Assembly (NCBI GenBank): GCA_963746845.1
Contig: CAVVCZ010000007.1
Span: forward strand, 64,001 to 128,000
Length of the DNA stretch: 64,000 nt
Direction: 5' to 3'
Origin: an uncultured Chloroflexia bacterium
Lineage (GTDB): Bacteria; Chloroflexota; Limnocylindria; Limnocylindrales; CSP1-4
Under the pieces are notes generated by a model. It saw only the letters and a list, made by a program, of their open reading frames with translations, was not told where the DNA came from and searched no databases. Shown one piece after another: positions 40,300 to 50,469 of the stretch; position 1 is the stretch's first letter; each line of letters starts with the position of its first letter. The position numbers and the translations under genes are program-made.

Positions 40300-40749
40300 T
40301 CAGGGGGTGGTCCGGGGACCGAACGCGGCGGCGTGCGCGCTCAGGACGAGCTGCTCGTGCCGCCGGCCGAGCGTCGTCGGCCGGTCGCCGCCGGGGCCGG
40401 GGCCCGCTTCCCCATCGGGACCCTCTTTGCCGCCGGGGCGGCCTTCGATGCTCGCGGTCGCGCCGCCGGAGCGCGCCGGCCGGGCCTGCAGCTCGCGGAT
40501 CGCGTCGAGCAGCGCGCTGAGCTCGGTGATCTCGTCCCGGACCTCCGCCAGCCGGGTCGCCCGCTTGTCGCGGTTCCGTTTCGTCGCCTTCTCGAGTCGC
40601 GATGCGCGCCAGGTCTCCTCCGATCGGGCGGCGCCGAGGGCGAACTCGAGCCACTCGACGTGACGGGCGAGCGCCGCTGCGGGCGTCATCACGGGCGCCG
40701 GCGCGGCGGCTGCGGTCTCGGATGCCGGCGTCGCCGGTTGCTCGGTCAT
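40300..40749 (-). CDS. hypothetical helical, basic protein (C-terminus probably frameshifted, alternative stop 40341)
   Basis: GAGGAGG SD; coiled-coil with KATKRNRDKR; +1 frame gives an Ala/Lys/Arg/Pro tail. Confidence 0.7.
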   Translation of the reverse strand: MTEQPATPASETAAAAPAPVMTPAAALARHVEWLEFALGAARSEETWRASRLEKATKRNRDKRATRLAEVRDEITELSALLDAIRELQARPARSGGATASIEGRPGGKEGPDGEAGPGPGGDRPTTLGRRHEQLVLSAHAAAFGPRTTP

Positions 40750-40811
40750 CGTGCCTCCTCGTCGGGCCCCCTGCGCATTCTCGCCGACCGGGCGCCGCGG
40801 AGTCTCGGGCG

Positions 40812-40833
40812 CCCGGGTTAACGCGAGGTTATC
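40812..40833 (-). promoter_or_regulatory. PHO-box-like 11-bp direct repeat
   Basis: GATAACCTCGC-GTTAACCCGGG upstream of the hypothetical-ppx unit; near-identical to 63072-63093. Confidence 0.6.
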
Positions 40834-40847
40834 GGCACGGGACACCC

Positions 40848-41555
40848 CTACAGCGCCAGGAACACCCCCATGACGATGAGCCAGAGCGACCAGGCGATGT
40901 AGGCGATCGGCACGATCGTCCCGGCCAGCGGCCAGCCATCGCGCTCGTTCGGGCCGACGAACTCGAGCGTGCCGACGAGGAGCGCGAGCCCGATCGGGAC
41001 GGCCAGCCAGCCGAGCCATGCCGGCAGCGGTGTCGTCGTGACGATCGAGGCGGCCACGGCCAGGGTCCACAGGCCGGTGAACAGGTACCCGAGGTGCTCG
41101 CCGATCCCCACGCCGAGCAGGCGATGGAGCGTCGCGAAGATCGTCTCGACCGTCCGGCGCTCCGCCGCGGCGTCAGCGGGCGATCGATCGGGCGCGTCCG
41201 CCGCAACGTACCGTCGCGCGAGCTCGGGGACCGCGAACGGCCAGCGCACCAGTCCGAGCGCCTGGACCAGGGCCGCGGCGGCGCCGAGCGTGATCGCGAG
41301 GGCCGTCCAGACCGGCGCGGCGCCGAGCGCCACCGCGAGCAGGACCGCGAGCGGCAGCATCGCGAGCGCGCTCACGAGCAGCGCCTCCCAGCGGAGGATC
41401 AGCCCCGACCCGCCGGCATGGAACCGGCGAAGGATCTCGTCCGGTGCGCGACGGAGGATGTCCGGGTAGTCGAACGCCCGGCCCAGCGAGAAGAACGCCA
41501 GGTTGAACGCGATCGGCACGACGATCAGCAGGACGGCGGTCACGGTCTCGACCAT
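40848..41555 (-). CDS. DUF4386-like membrane protein
   Basis: FDYPDILR, GLVRWPFAVP, GVGIGEHLG; multi-TM. Confidence 0.78.
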   Translation of the reverse strand: MVETVTAVLLIVVPIAFNLAFFSLGRAFDYPDILRRAPDEILRRFHAGGSGLILRWEALLVSALAMLPLAVLLAVALGAAPVWTALAITLGAAAALVQALGLVRWPFAVPELARRYVAADAPDRSPADAAAERRTVETIFATLHRLLGVGIGEHLGYLFTGLWTLAVAASIVTTTPLPAWLGWLAVPIGLALLVGTLEFVGPNERDGWPLAGTIVPIAYIAWSLWLIVMGVFLAL

Positions 41556-41694
41556 CGCGGGAGTGTATCGGCCGGCCTCGGCCCCGTGTTGTTGACCCGC
41601 TGCAAACATCGCGGAAATCCGCGCCCTCGACGCTCTCGGGGGACCTCGATTCCGATCCGGCGGTCGTGCTCGGAGCGACGGCCGGTCCCTCCTC

Positions 41695-41727
41695 CTGGCC
41701 GGTGTGCTGCTCGGGCACACCGGCCAG
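41695..41727. repeat. perfect 13-bp inverted repeat
   Basis: CTGGCCGGTGTGC-N7-GCACACCGGCCAG. Confidence 0.7.
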
Positions 41728-41768
41728 CCTCGTTTCCGGGTAAGCGGACGTCGCGGAACCCCCGACCT

Positions 41769-41812
41769 GTTAATCGATGCTTAACACCGTACAAAGCGAC
41801 GGTTGACCCACG
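41769..41812 (+). promoter_or_regulatory. PHO-box-like repeats upstream of pstS
   Basis: GTTAAT (41769), CTTAAC (41780), GTTGAC (41802) in 11-bp phase. Confidence 0.6.
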
Positions 41813-41899
41813 CTCGGCACGGTTCAGCCGTTGTCACGAGGCCGAGTCACGCCGTGACCGAACACCGTCGGCTCCCCAGGCCGGCGGAGAGGAGGACAC

Positions 41900-43138
41900 T
41901 TGATCGCGAGATCCCGCGTCGGCGCCGCCCTGACCGTCGCCAGCCTGTTCGTCGTCGCCGCCTGCAGCGGCGGTACCCTCAGTCCATCACCGTCCGCCGC
42001 AGCCCCGTCGACGGTAGCAAGTGCTCCCGCAGACACTGGCGCTCCCTCTGGAGGAGCTCCCTCCGCATCGGTGGCAGCGCCGTCGGCCCAGGCAATCTCC
42101 TACCGCTGCTCGAAGGGCGACGGCCAGCTGAACGGCGCCGGATCGACATTCATCTTCCCGCTCATGCTCGAAGTGGGGCGACGACTACAACACCAAGTGC
42201 GGCGTCAAGACTCAACTACCAGTCGATCGGCTCCGGCGGTGGCGTCGAAGGGCTGGACGCAGAACACCGTCGACTTCGGTGCCTCCGACGCCTACCTCCA
42301 GGACGAGCGAGATCGCGGCCGCGGCCAAGAACGGCGAGCCGGTCGAGATCCCGGTCACCTTCGGGGCGGTGGTGGTCGCCTACAACCTGAAGGGCCTGTC
42401 GGCGCCGCTCAAGATGACGCCGGACATCGTCGCGAACCTGTTCCTGGGCAAGATCGCGAAGTGGAACGACCCTCGATCGCCGCGGCGAACCCGGGCGTGA
42501 ACGCTGCCGGACATGGATGTCAGCGTCGTCCACCGCTCGGACGGGTCGGGCACCACGAGCATCTTCACCAACGTACCTGACGAAGGTCGAGCCCGGACTG
42601 GGTCACGACCGTCGGGGCCGGCGACCCGAAGAAGTCGGCCGGGCAAGACGGTCGGAATGGCCGACGGGTCTCGGGCGCGAGCGGCAATGAGGGCGTCACC
42701 CAGGGGATCACCCAGACCGAGGGCGGGCGTCGGGTACATCGAGCTCGCGTACGCTCTGAAGAACAAGATCCCGTTCGCGGATGTGGCGAACAAGTCCGGC
42801 GCGTTCGTCACGCCGTCGCTCGACTCGGTCGAAAGCGGCCGCCGACCTGCCCGAGCTACCCGGCCGACCTGCGGTTCGACCTGGTCGACACTCGACTCCC
42901 CGCACGGGCTATCCGATCACCGGGCACGACCTGGCTGATCATCTACAAGGACCTGTCGAAGGTGCTCAAGACCCAGGATCGAGCGACCTCGTTGGCCGAC
43001 TTTCTCTGGTGGGCGATCCACGAAGGCCAGGACAGTGCCGCGCCACTCTTCTATGCGGCGATCCCGGCAGGCCTGCTTCCGCAGGACGAGGCGGCCGTGA
43101 AGTCGCTCAACTGGGGCGGCCAGGCGCTGCTGCCATAG
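41900..43138 (+). CDS. pstS: phosphate ABC transporter substrate-binding lipoprotein (multiple frameshifts)
   Basis: GAGGAGG SD, lipobox AAC; fragments GAGSTF, YQSIGSGGG, DFGASD, HRSDGSGTT, GYIELAYA, GYPITG in different frames. Confidence 0.88.
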
Positions 43139-43157
43139 TCTTCGATCCTCCTGTCAC

Positions 43158-43198
43158 GACGCCGGCCCCCGGCATCCCGCGACGCCCGGGGCGGCGTC
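43158..43198 (+). terminator. pstS-pstC intercistronic hairpin
   Basis: GACGCCG...CGGCGTC stem right after pstS stop. Confidence 0.45.
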
Positions 43199-43248
43199 AT
43201 CATTCCGGGAACCTACCCACTACATCGGGACGTGAGACGCTGCCGCAG

Positions 43249-44216
43249 ATGACGACCGTCGGTCAGGGCTTCGAGCAACGGCGATTGACCAAGCGTTCCG
43301 TCGTGACCGGGGACCTCGTGTTCCGCGTGTTCACCGCCGCGCTGACATTCGCGGTTGTGCTCTTGATCAGCTTGATGGTCTACAAGAGCGTCGTGACCAC
43401 CGTCCCGGTCTTCGACAAGTTCGGCGTTGTCGGCTTCGTCACCGGGACGCGATGGTCCCCGTCATTCGGAATCTACGGGGCCTTGCCGTTCATCTACGGG
43501 ACGGTCCTGACCAGCGCAATGGCGCTCCTGATCGCAGTTCCGATCGCGCTTGGGATTGCGCTCCTCGTCACGGAGATGCTACCGCGACGGATCGCCGGGC
43601 CCGTGGCCGTCGCCGTTGACCTGCTGGCCGCCATCCCGTCGGTCGTCTGGGGCCTGTGGGGGCTGCTCGTGCTCGTCCCGTTCCTGAGACCAATCGAGAC
43701 GGCGATCGCCGGAAGCATCGGCCAGCTCATCCCGTTCCTTGGACCGCCCACGCCGGGACCCAGCTACTTCGCCGCCGGCGTCATCGTCGCGTTCATGATC
43801 ATCCCGATCGTCGCCGCCGTCACCCGGGAGGTCTTCGCGGCCACCCCGCGGCTCCAGCGGGAGGCAGCCCTCGCCCTGGGCGGGACTCGCTGGGACGTCA
43901 TCCGCCACGTCGTCGTCCCGATCGGGCGAACCGGCATCCAGGCGGCGGTGATCCTCGGGCTCGGACGGGCGATCGGCGAGACCATCGCGGTCACGCTCGT
44001 GATCGGGAACTCAACGAAGATCGGACCTCGATCTTTTCGCCAGGATTCTCGCTGGCCTCGGTCATCGCCAACGAGTTCAACGAAGCGACCGAGCCGCTCC
44101 ATCCGGAGTCGCTCATCACGCTGGGGGTCGTTCTGCTCGCGATCGCGGTGATCGTGAACGGTGCAGGTGTCGCCGTGCGTAGGCGCTTCGAGCAAGGTTC
44201 TGGCCGTGCTGGCTGA
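43249..44216 (+). CDS. pstC: phosphate ABC permease PstC (frameshift near 44025)
   Basis: LLAAIPSVVWGLWG, GRAIGETIAV, SVIANEFNEA. Confidence 0.88.
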
Positions 44217-45099
44217 TCCGACGCTCGTGTTCCGGCCGACGGGCCGCAGTCGCCTGGCAAGAGCCCGGCTGGTCTAGGTTCTCGCCGTCATCGCGCTGGT
44301 CGCTGCCCTGATCCCTCTGGTTTCCATCTTGACATTCCTCATCAGCCAGGGCATTGGCGTCATCCGGCTCGAGTTCCTCACCGAGGACCCGCCAGGGCGA
44401 TCTGAGCCAGGTCGGCGGCGGGATCCGGAATGCGGTTGTCGGCTCGCTCATGATGACCGGGCTTGCGACGATCTTCGCAGTGCCAGCCGGGATCCTCATC
44501 GCGGTCTTCAACCGGGAGATTGGAGGACGGCCGGCCGTCGCCATCCGCTTCCTGATGGACGTGCTCGTGGCGCTGCCGTCGATCGTGGTCGGGATCTTCG
44601 TCTACGAACTCGTCGTCGTCGCCCAGGGCCACTTCTCGGGGTTTGCCGGCTCGGTCGCTCTCGCGATCATCATGCTTCCGATCATCGTCATCTCGACCGA
44701 GGAGATGCTGCGCCTCGTTCCCGGCCCGGTTTCCGAAGGCGTCCGCGCCCTTGGGCTGACACGCTGGCGTTCGTACCTCGTCGGTGATCATTCCGACGGC
44801 GCTGTCGGGGATCTTCACGGGCATCCTGCTCGCGGTCTCGCGCGCCATCGGCGAGACGGCGCCGCTGATCTTCACGGCGCTCGGCAACAACTTCTTCACC
44901 CTGGACTTCAGCGAGCCCATGCAGGCGTTGCCGCTGTTGATCTATCGGAATGCGCTCAATTCCGCATTCCCGCGGCGCGCGACCGTGCGATGGGCGCTGC
45001 CCTTGTCCTCGTGGTGATCGTGCTCATCTTCAATCTTGTTGGCCGGTGGCTGGTGAGCAGACGTCTCGCCGAGCGACCGGCGCCAGTGAGCGGAACTGA
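44206..45099 (+). CDS. pstA: phosphate ABC permease PstA (frameshifts; ends approximate)
   Basis: GGGIRNAVVGS, LPSIVVGIF, SRAIGETAPL. Confidence 0.82.
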
Positions 45100-45106
45100 G
45101 GTGCAG

Positions 45107-45957
45107 ATGATCGCCGAGCTTGAACCCGATCCCGCTGACGTGTCCGCCGCCGTCCCGCAGGCGGCCATCGAGGTGGCGCCCAGGGATACGGACAATGTCC
45201 TGACCCTCGAGCATCTCGATGCCTATTACGGCAGCCGAAAGGTCGTCCGTGACGTGACGCTCGGCGTTCGGACGAACGCGATCACGGCGATCATCGGCCC
45301 GTCAGGAAGCGGCAAGTCCACGATGCTTCGATGCATCGACCGGATGCACGAAGTCATTCCGGGAGCCAGCGCGACCGGCACGATCCAGTATCGCGGAATC
45401 GACTCTATGGAGATGGGATCGATCCTGCAGCTGTTCGCCGGACGATCGGCATGGTCTTCCAGCAGCCGAACCCGTTCCCGACAAGTCGATCTTCGACAAT
45501 GTCGTGGCCGCTCGGTTCAACGGCCTGGTCAAGGGCAAGACAGCGCGACGAGCTCGTCGAGACGAAGCCTTCGTCAGGCCGCCCTCTGGGACGAGGTCAA
45601 GGACAAGCTCAAGCAGAGCGGGCTCTCCCTGTCGGGCGGACAGCAACAGCGTCTCTGCATCGCGCGCGCGATTGCACGGAGCCGGAGATGCTCCTGATGG
45701 ACGAGCCGTGCTCGGCCCTCGATCCGCGCGCCACGCTTCAGATCGAGCAGCTGATGACCGAGCTCAAGGCCCGCTACACGATCGTCATCGTGACCCACAA
45801 CATGCAGCAGGCTGCCCGTGCATCGGACCGGACGGCGTTCCTGACGATGGGCGAGGATCGAGCAGGCTACGTCGTGGAGGAGGGTCGGACGGCCGACATC
45901 TTCACGAACCCGAAGCACCAGCTCACCGAGGACTATGTGTCGGGCCGATTCGGATGA
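45107..45957 (+). CDS. pstB: phosphate ABC ATPase PstB (frameshifts)
   Basis: GPSGSGKST, MVFQQPNPF, LSGGQQQRLCIAR, DEPCSALD, TEDYVSGRFG. Confidence 0.9.
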
Positions 45958-45983
45958 GCGAACGAGAGGCTGAGGACTGACCC

Positions 45984-46744
45984 ATGACCGACGATCCGAA
46001 CGCCCAACGCTCGTCCCATGCATCTCCCGTCATCGCGGCGGCGATGACGGTTGTGCGGAAGCGGCCGATTCATACAACGAAGCCCATCCGCCGCGTCCGA
46101 GCCTCGACCTGGACATGCGCGAGATCAAGGACGACATCCTCCGGATGGGCTCCTATGTGGAGGAGGCGATTCGAGCCGCGATGGCCGCCCTCGTTGCGCA
46201 CGACGCGGCGTCCGCGACGGCCGTCATCGTCGCCGACGCGAAGATCAATGAGATGCAACGGGAAGTCACGGGCCTGATCACCCGGACGATCGCGATGCAG
46301 TCGCCCGTCGCGCGCGATCTCCGGTTCCTGCTCGCGCTCGACCACGTCAGCTACGAGCTCGAGCGGATGGGCGACCACGCCGCTTCTGTCGCGAAGCAGG
46401 TCCGCAAGCTCGCCCCCTACCCGCCCCTGAAGCGCTATGTCGACCTCCCGGCAATGGGCGACCTCGCCGCGACGCTCGTCGGCAACATCCTCCTGGCGCT
46501 GGTCGACGTCGATGTCGATGCGGCACGGCGCGTCGCGGCGCGCGACGACGAGATCGACGACCTCTACCACAGGACCTTCGCCGAGGTCGTCGAGCTGATG
46601 CGGGCGGACCCGGACAACGTCGAACGCGGCACCCGGATCCTGTTCGCCTCGCACTACGTCGAGCGGATCGGCGACCGGGTCACGAACATCGCCGAGGACG
46701 TGGTCTTCCTCGCGAGCGGCGAGATCGAGGACCTCAATCCATGA
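45984..46744 (+). CDS. phoU: phosphate signalling protein PhoU (5' frameshift)
   Basis: QSPVARDLR, LERMGDHA, DDEIDDLY, ERIGDRVTNIAE. Confidence 0.92.
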
Positions 46745-47187
46745 CGGAACCGACCAGGGTCCTGTTCGTCTCGACCGGCGGTGCCTGCCGGGCGATCTTC
46801 GCCCAGGCCCTCCTCCGGCACGTCGGCGGCGGGGCCTTCGACGCCTGGGCGTGCGGGACCGATCCGGCCCCGATCGATCCGCTGACGATCCAGGTCCTCC
46901 AGGAGGCCGGGATCGACGGTTCCGGGCTCGAGCCGAGGGCCCTGAGCGAGGTGCTCGGCAAGCCGTTCGACTACGTCATCACGGTCTGCGACGACGCCCG
47001 GCTCGCCTGTCCGGTCTTCCCCGGCGCCGACCACTCGATGCATTGGGGCTACCCGAGTCCGGCGAAGGTCCAGGACCCCGCGGAGCGCAGGGCGGCGTTC
47101 GAGCGCGTCTTCATCCTCCTCGGCGAGCGGATTCGCCAGTTCGTTCTGCTCACCGAGCGGATCCAGCCCGCGGCCGCGGCGCACTAG
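46741..47187 (+). CDS. ArsC/LMW-PTP homologue lacking the nucleophilic Cys
   Basis: P-loop VSTGGACRA instead of CTGNSCRS; retains TVCDDA..ACPVFPG, HW. Confidence 0.85.
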   Translation: MTEPTRVLFVSTGGACRAIFAQALLRHVGGGAFDAWACGTDPAPIDPLTIQVLQEAGIDGSGLEPRALSEVLGKPFDYVITVCDDARLACPVFPGADHSMHWGYPSPAKVQDPAERRAAFERVFILLGERIRQFVLLTERIQPAAAAH

Positions 47188-47190
47188 GCG

Positions 47191-47631
47191 ATGGGGCCGG
47201 TCGCCGCCGATCCGGTCCGGATCCTCGTCCTCTGCACCGGGAACTCGTGCCGGTCGATCCTCGCCGAGGCGCTGTTCCGCGAGCTCGGCGGGGCCCGGGT
47301 CGCGGTGGAGTCGGCGGGAAGCCATCCCGCCGGCCGCGTCGACCCGCGCACGATCCGCGTCCTCGATGAGGCGGGCATCGATCACGCCTGGGCCCGATCG
47401 AAGTCGATGACCGAGCTCTTCGACCGGCCGTTCGACCATGTGATCACCGTCTGCGACGACGCAGCCGAGGCATGCCCCGTCTTTCCGGGCCCGGCCGTGC
47501 GGACCCACTGGAGCATCCCCGATCCCGTCGACGCCACCGGGAGCGACGAGGAGCAGCTCGCCGTCTACCGCGCGACGATGGCCGATCTACGCGAGCGGAT
47601 CACCGCGTTCGTCGCTACCCTCGACACGTGA
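47191..47631 (+). CDS. arsC: thioredoxin-type arsenate reductase (LMW-PTP fold)
   Basis: LCTGNSCRS, TVCDDAAEACPVFPG, HWSIPDP. Confidence 0.88.
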   Translation: MGPVAADPVRILVLCTGNSCRSILAEALFRELGGARVAVESAGSHPAGRVDPRTIRVLDEAGIDHAWARSKSMTELFDRPFDHVITVCDDAAEACPVFPGPAVRTHWSIPDPVDATGSDEEQLAVYRATMADLRERITAFVATLDT

Positions 47632-48128
47632 GCTCCGATACGCTCCAGCTGTACCTCCTTCGCCACGCCGACGCGGGCGATTCGGCGGCGTGGGATGGCG
47701 ACGACGCCCATCGGCCGCTCAGCCCGAAGGGCGAGGCCCAGGCCGAGCGCCTCGCGACGTTCCTGCACGGGATCCGGTTCTCGACCGACGCCCTGATCAC
47801 GTCGCCCAAGGTGCGGGCGCTGCGCACCGCGGAGATCGTCGCCGACGGTCTCGGCGCGACGGTTCGGGTGGACGATCGCCTGGGGCTGCCGTACGAGCTG
47901 GCCACGATCGACGAGATCCTCGCCGATGCCGGATCGCCTGAGCGGCCCGTGCTGTCAGGCCACGACCCGGAGTTCAGCCACGTGCTGTCGGTCCTGGCCG
48001 GCGCCGGTGACCTGATCATGAAGAAGGGCGCGTTCGCGCGAATTGACGTCCGCGGCCGGGTCGCCGACGGGCGCGGCACGCTGCGCTGGCTGATCCCACC
48101 GGACCTGCTGAATCGGGACCGCCGCTGA
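47628..48128 (+). CDS. sixA: phosphohistidine phosphatase SixA
   Basis: LLRHADA, RPLSPKG, TSPKVRA..TAE, GHDP, MKKG. Confidence 0.85.
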   Translation: MSSDTLQLYLLRHADAGDSAAWDGDDAHRPLSPKGEAQAERLATFLHGIRFSTDALITSPKVRALRTAEIVADGLGATVRVDDRLGLPYELATIDEILADAGSPERPVLSGHDPEFSHVLSVLAGAGDLIMKKGAFARIDVRGRVADGRGTLRWLIPPDLLNRDRR

Positions 48129-48247
48129 GGGTCGACCGGACTCGACGGATGTCCATGCCGCCGTGAACCCGCGTCCATGTCCCGCGCCACCCCTCGGGAC
48201 GACGATGGCCCCACCAGTTGCCATTCGCCCAGAGGATCGTGACCGTC

Positions 48248-48421
48248 ATGCAGCCACTCGCCGCCTACTACGTCTTCCTCGCGAACGAGGAGGCCCGCCA
48301 GGCCGACGCTCGTCCGCATTACCGCACCCAGACGCCGCGCCGCTCGACCCGATCCCGGTTCAGCGCCGCCGTCGCCACCCTCGCCCGGCCCGTTCGCCGG
48401 AGCGCGGGATCACCCGCCTGA
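48248..48421 (+). CDS. small hypothetical protein (57 aa)
   Basis: AGAGGA upstream, GC3-biased codons, fills intergenic gap. Confidence 0.5.
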   Translation: MQPLAAYYVFLANEEARQADARPHYRTQTPRRSTRSRFSAAVATLARPVRRSAGSPA

Positions 48422-48458
48422 CCGCCCCTCCGATCCGCCGGCCTGATCCGTTCCGCGG

Positions 48459-49713
48459 TCAGCCGGCTCCCGTCGGGACGACGAGCGGCTCGTCGTCCTC
48501 CGCGTCGATCGGGAACGGCAGCGCGATCGGATCGGTCGCCAGCCGGCTCCGGCCGGCGGCATCGAACCGATCGAGGCCGAGATCGCCGACGTCGACGACG
48601 TCCGTCGATCCGGTCATAGCCAGGTCCGCGGCGACGCGCGCCACGCCCGGTCCCCACATCATCCCGTGACCGCCCGCCGAGGCGATCGTCACGCCCGAGA
48701 TCCGCTCGCCGGCCGCCGACAGGCCCGGCCCGAGGATCGGCAGATGGTCGGGCGTGAAGTCGATCGTCGCGGCCCAGATCTTCCGGAGGCCGAGCCCGCG
48801 GGTCACCGGCACGAACCCCGCCAGGCGATCGCGCATCGCCTCGTACATCGCCCAGTCGATGGCGCGGGCCTCGCCGGGCCGATCGCTCGGGTCGCTCCAG
48901 CCGAACAGCAGCCCGCCCTCCTCGAGGCGCCAGTACAGGCCCGCCCCGATGTCGAACACCATCGGCTGGCGCTCGACGGCGAACGCCTCGTGCGGCTGCG
49001 AGGACCGCGACCGTGTGGCGGACGGCGCCCGCCGGGATCCGGATGCCCGCCAGCCGGCCGACGGCTCGCAGCCCGGGACCGCCGGTGAGCAGCACCCGCT
49101 CCGCCGCGATCGGTCCGTGGTCCGTCACGACCCCGACGACCCGTGACCCGCCACCGGGGAGCGGCTCCGTCCGGAGACCCGTGAACGCGGTGTGCTCGCG
49201 CAGCTCGACGTCGGCGCGGTCCATCGCGAGCGAGTAGGCGCGGACGTTGCGGGGCGGGTCGATGTGGCCGTCCGTCGCGAGGTAGCTGCCGCCGCGATGC
49301 CCGTCCGGGCTCAGGGTGGGGTTCAGGGCGACGGCCTCGGACGGCGAGACCCAGCGGACGTCGAGGCCGGCCGCTCCGCTGCATCGCGACGCGCTCGCGA
49401 CCGGACCGCTCGTCCTCGTCGGTGACCGCGAGGATCAGGTAGCCGAGCTCGCGGAAGCCGCTGTCGGTGCCGAACGTCGCCGACTGACGACGGTAGAAGT
49501 CGATCGACCAGCGGCCGAGGGCGACGGTTGTCGGCGTCCCGCCCTGGGCCCGGACGATCCCCGCCGCGCGGCTGCTCGCGCCCTGGCCCGGCGATCGCCG
49601 CGCTCGACGACGACGACCCGCCCGGCGCCGTCCATCGCGGCGAAGGTGCTCGCCCAGCCGCCGATCGTGCCCGCGCCGACGACGACGAGATCCGCGCGTT
49701 CCGTGCTGCTCAC
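48459..49713 (-). CDS. FAD-dependent oxidoreductase, DAO/sarcosine oxidase beta family (several frameshifts)
   Basis: VVVGAGTIGG, DFTPDHLPILG, GGHGMMWGP across frames. Confidence 0.8.
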
Positions 49714-49792
49714 GTCGGGAGGATAGGCCGGGGCCGGGCGCCGCCGGTCGGCGCGTCGCGATGGTCGGGCCGGGTGAGCCGTCGAGGACCGA

Positions 49793-50469
49793 TCAGCCGT
49801 CGAGGGCCGCGGCCTCGCGCAGATCGCGACGACGCCGAGACGCTCGAAGCGCCGGTAGGTCGCCCGGCGGCGGACGGTCCAGGTCGCGACCTCCAGGCCC
49901 GCGTCGCGGGCGCGCCCGATCCCGGCCGGATCGAGCGCGTGCCACTCGATCGAGACGCCGCGGCACCCCAGGTCGACGGCACGGCCGATCGTGTGCGGCG
50001 AGGCGTCACGAGAGTTGAGCCAGCGCGGCCAGGTCGGCGCCCAGTCCGCGATCCGCGCGAGCGTGGCGTCCCAGAAGGACGACACGACGGCTCGCTCGAG
50101 ACCCGGACCACGGCCGGCGACGATCGTCTCGAACGCGCCGCGTCCGGGGTCACCCTTCAGCTCGATGTCGAGGAACGCTCGGCGCGGGGCAGTCGCGAGG
50201 ACCTGCTCCAGGCTCGGCACCCCGAGCCGCTCCAGCTCGTCGGCCGTCAGGTCGGCCACGCGGTCATGCAACCCATGGACCCGTAACAGCGTGTCATCGT
50301 GGTAACAGACGGCCACGCCATCGCGGGACGCCCGCACGTCGAACTCCAGGCCGTCACAGCCCGGAACGTCCAGGGCGGCCAGGAACGCGGCGATCGTGTT
50401 CTCGGGGGCGCGTCGCCAATCGCCGCGATGGGCGAGCCGGAGCGCCCGCGGCGACAGGGGCTCGATCAT
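49793..50469 (-). CDS. glycerophosphodiester phosphodiesterase (3' frameshift)
   Basis: AHRG..PENT, LEFDV..SRDG..HD, DIELK, WTV. Confidence 0.88.

Noticed and set aside
44354-45697. Apparent PstA-PstB fusion
   Set aside because: It lies in the indel-rich stretch, pstB has its own GAGGTG SD and ATG at 45107, and both halves are themselves frame-broken.
41900-50469. Programmed frameshifting or mass pseudogenisation
   Set aside because: Indels are scattered, often in short homopolymer runs, and also hit unrelated genes (efeB, ALDH, EamA). No slippery-site pattern is evident. Sequencing error fits best.
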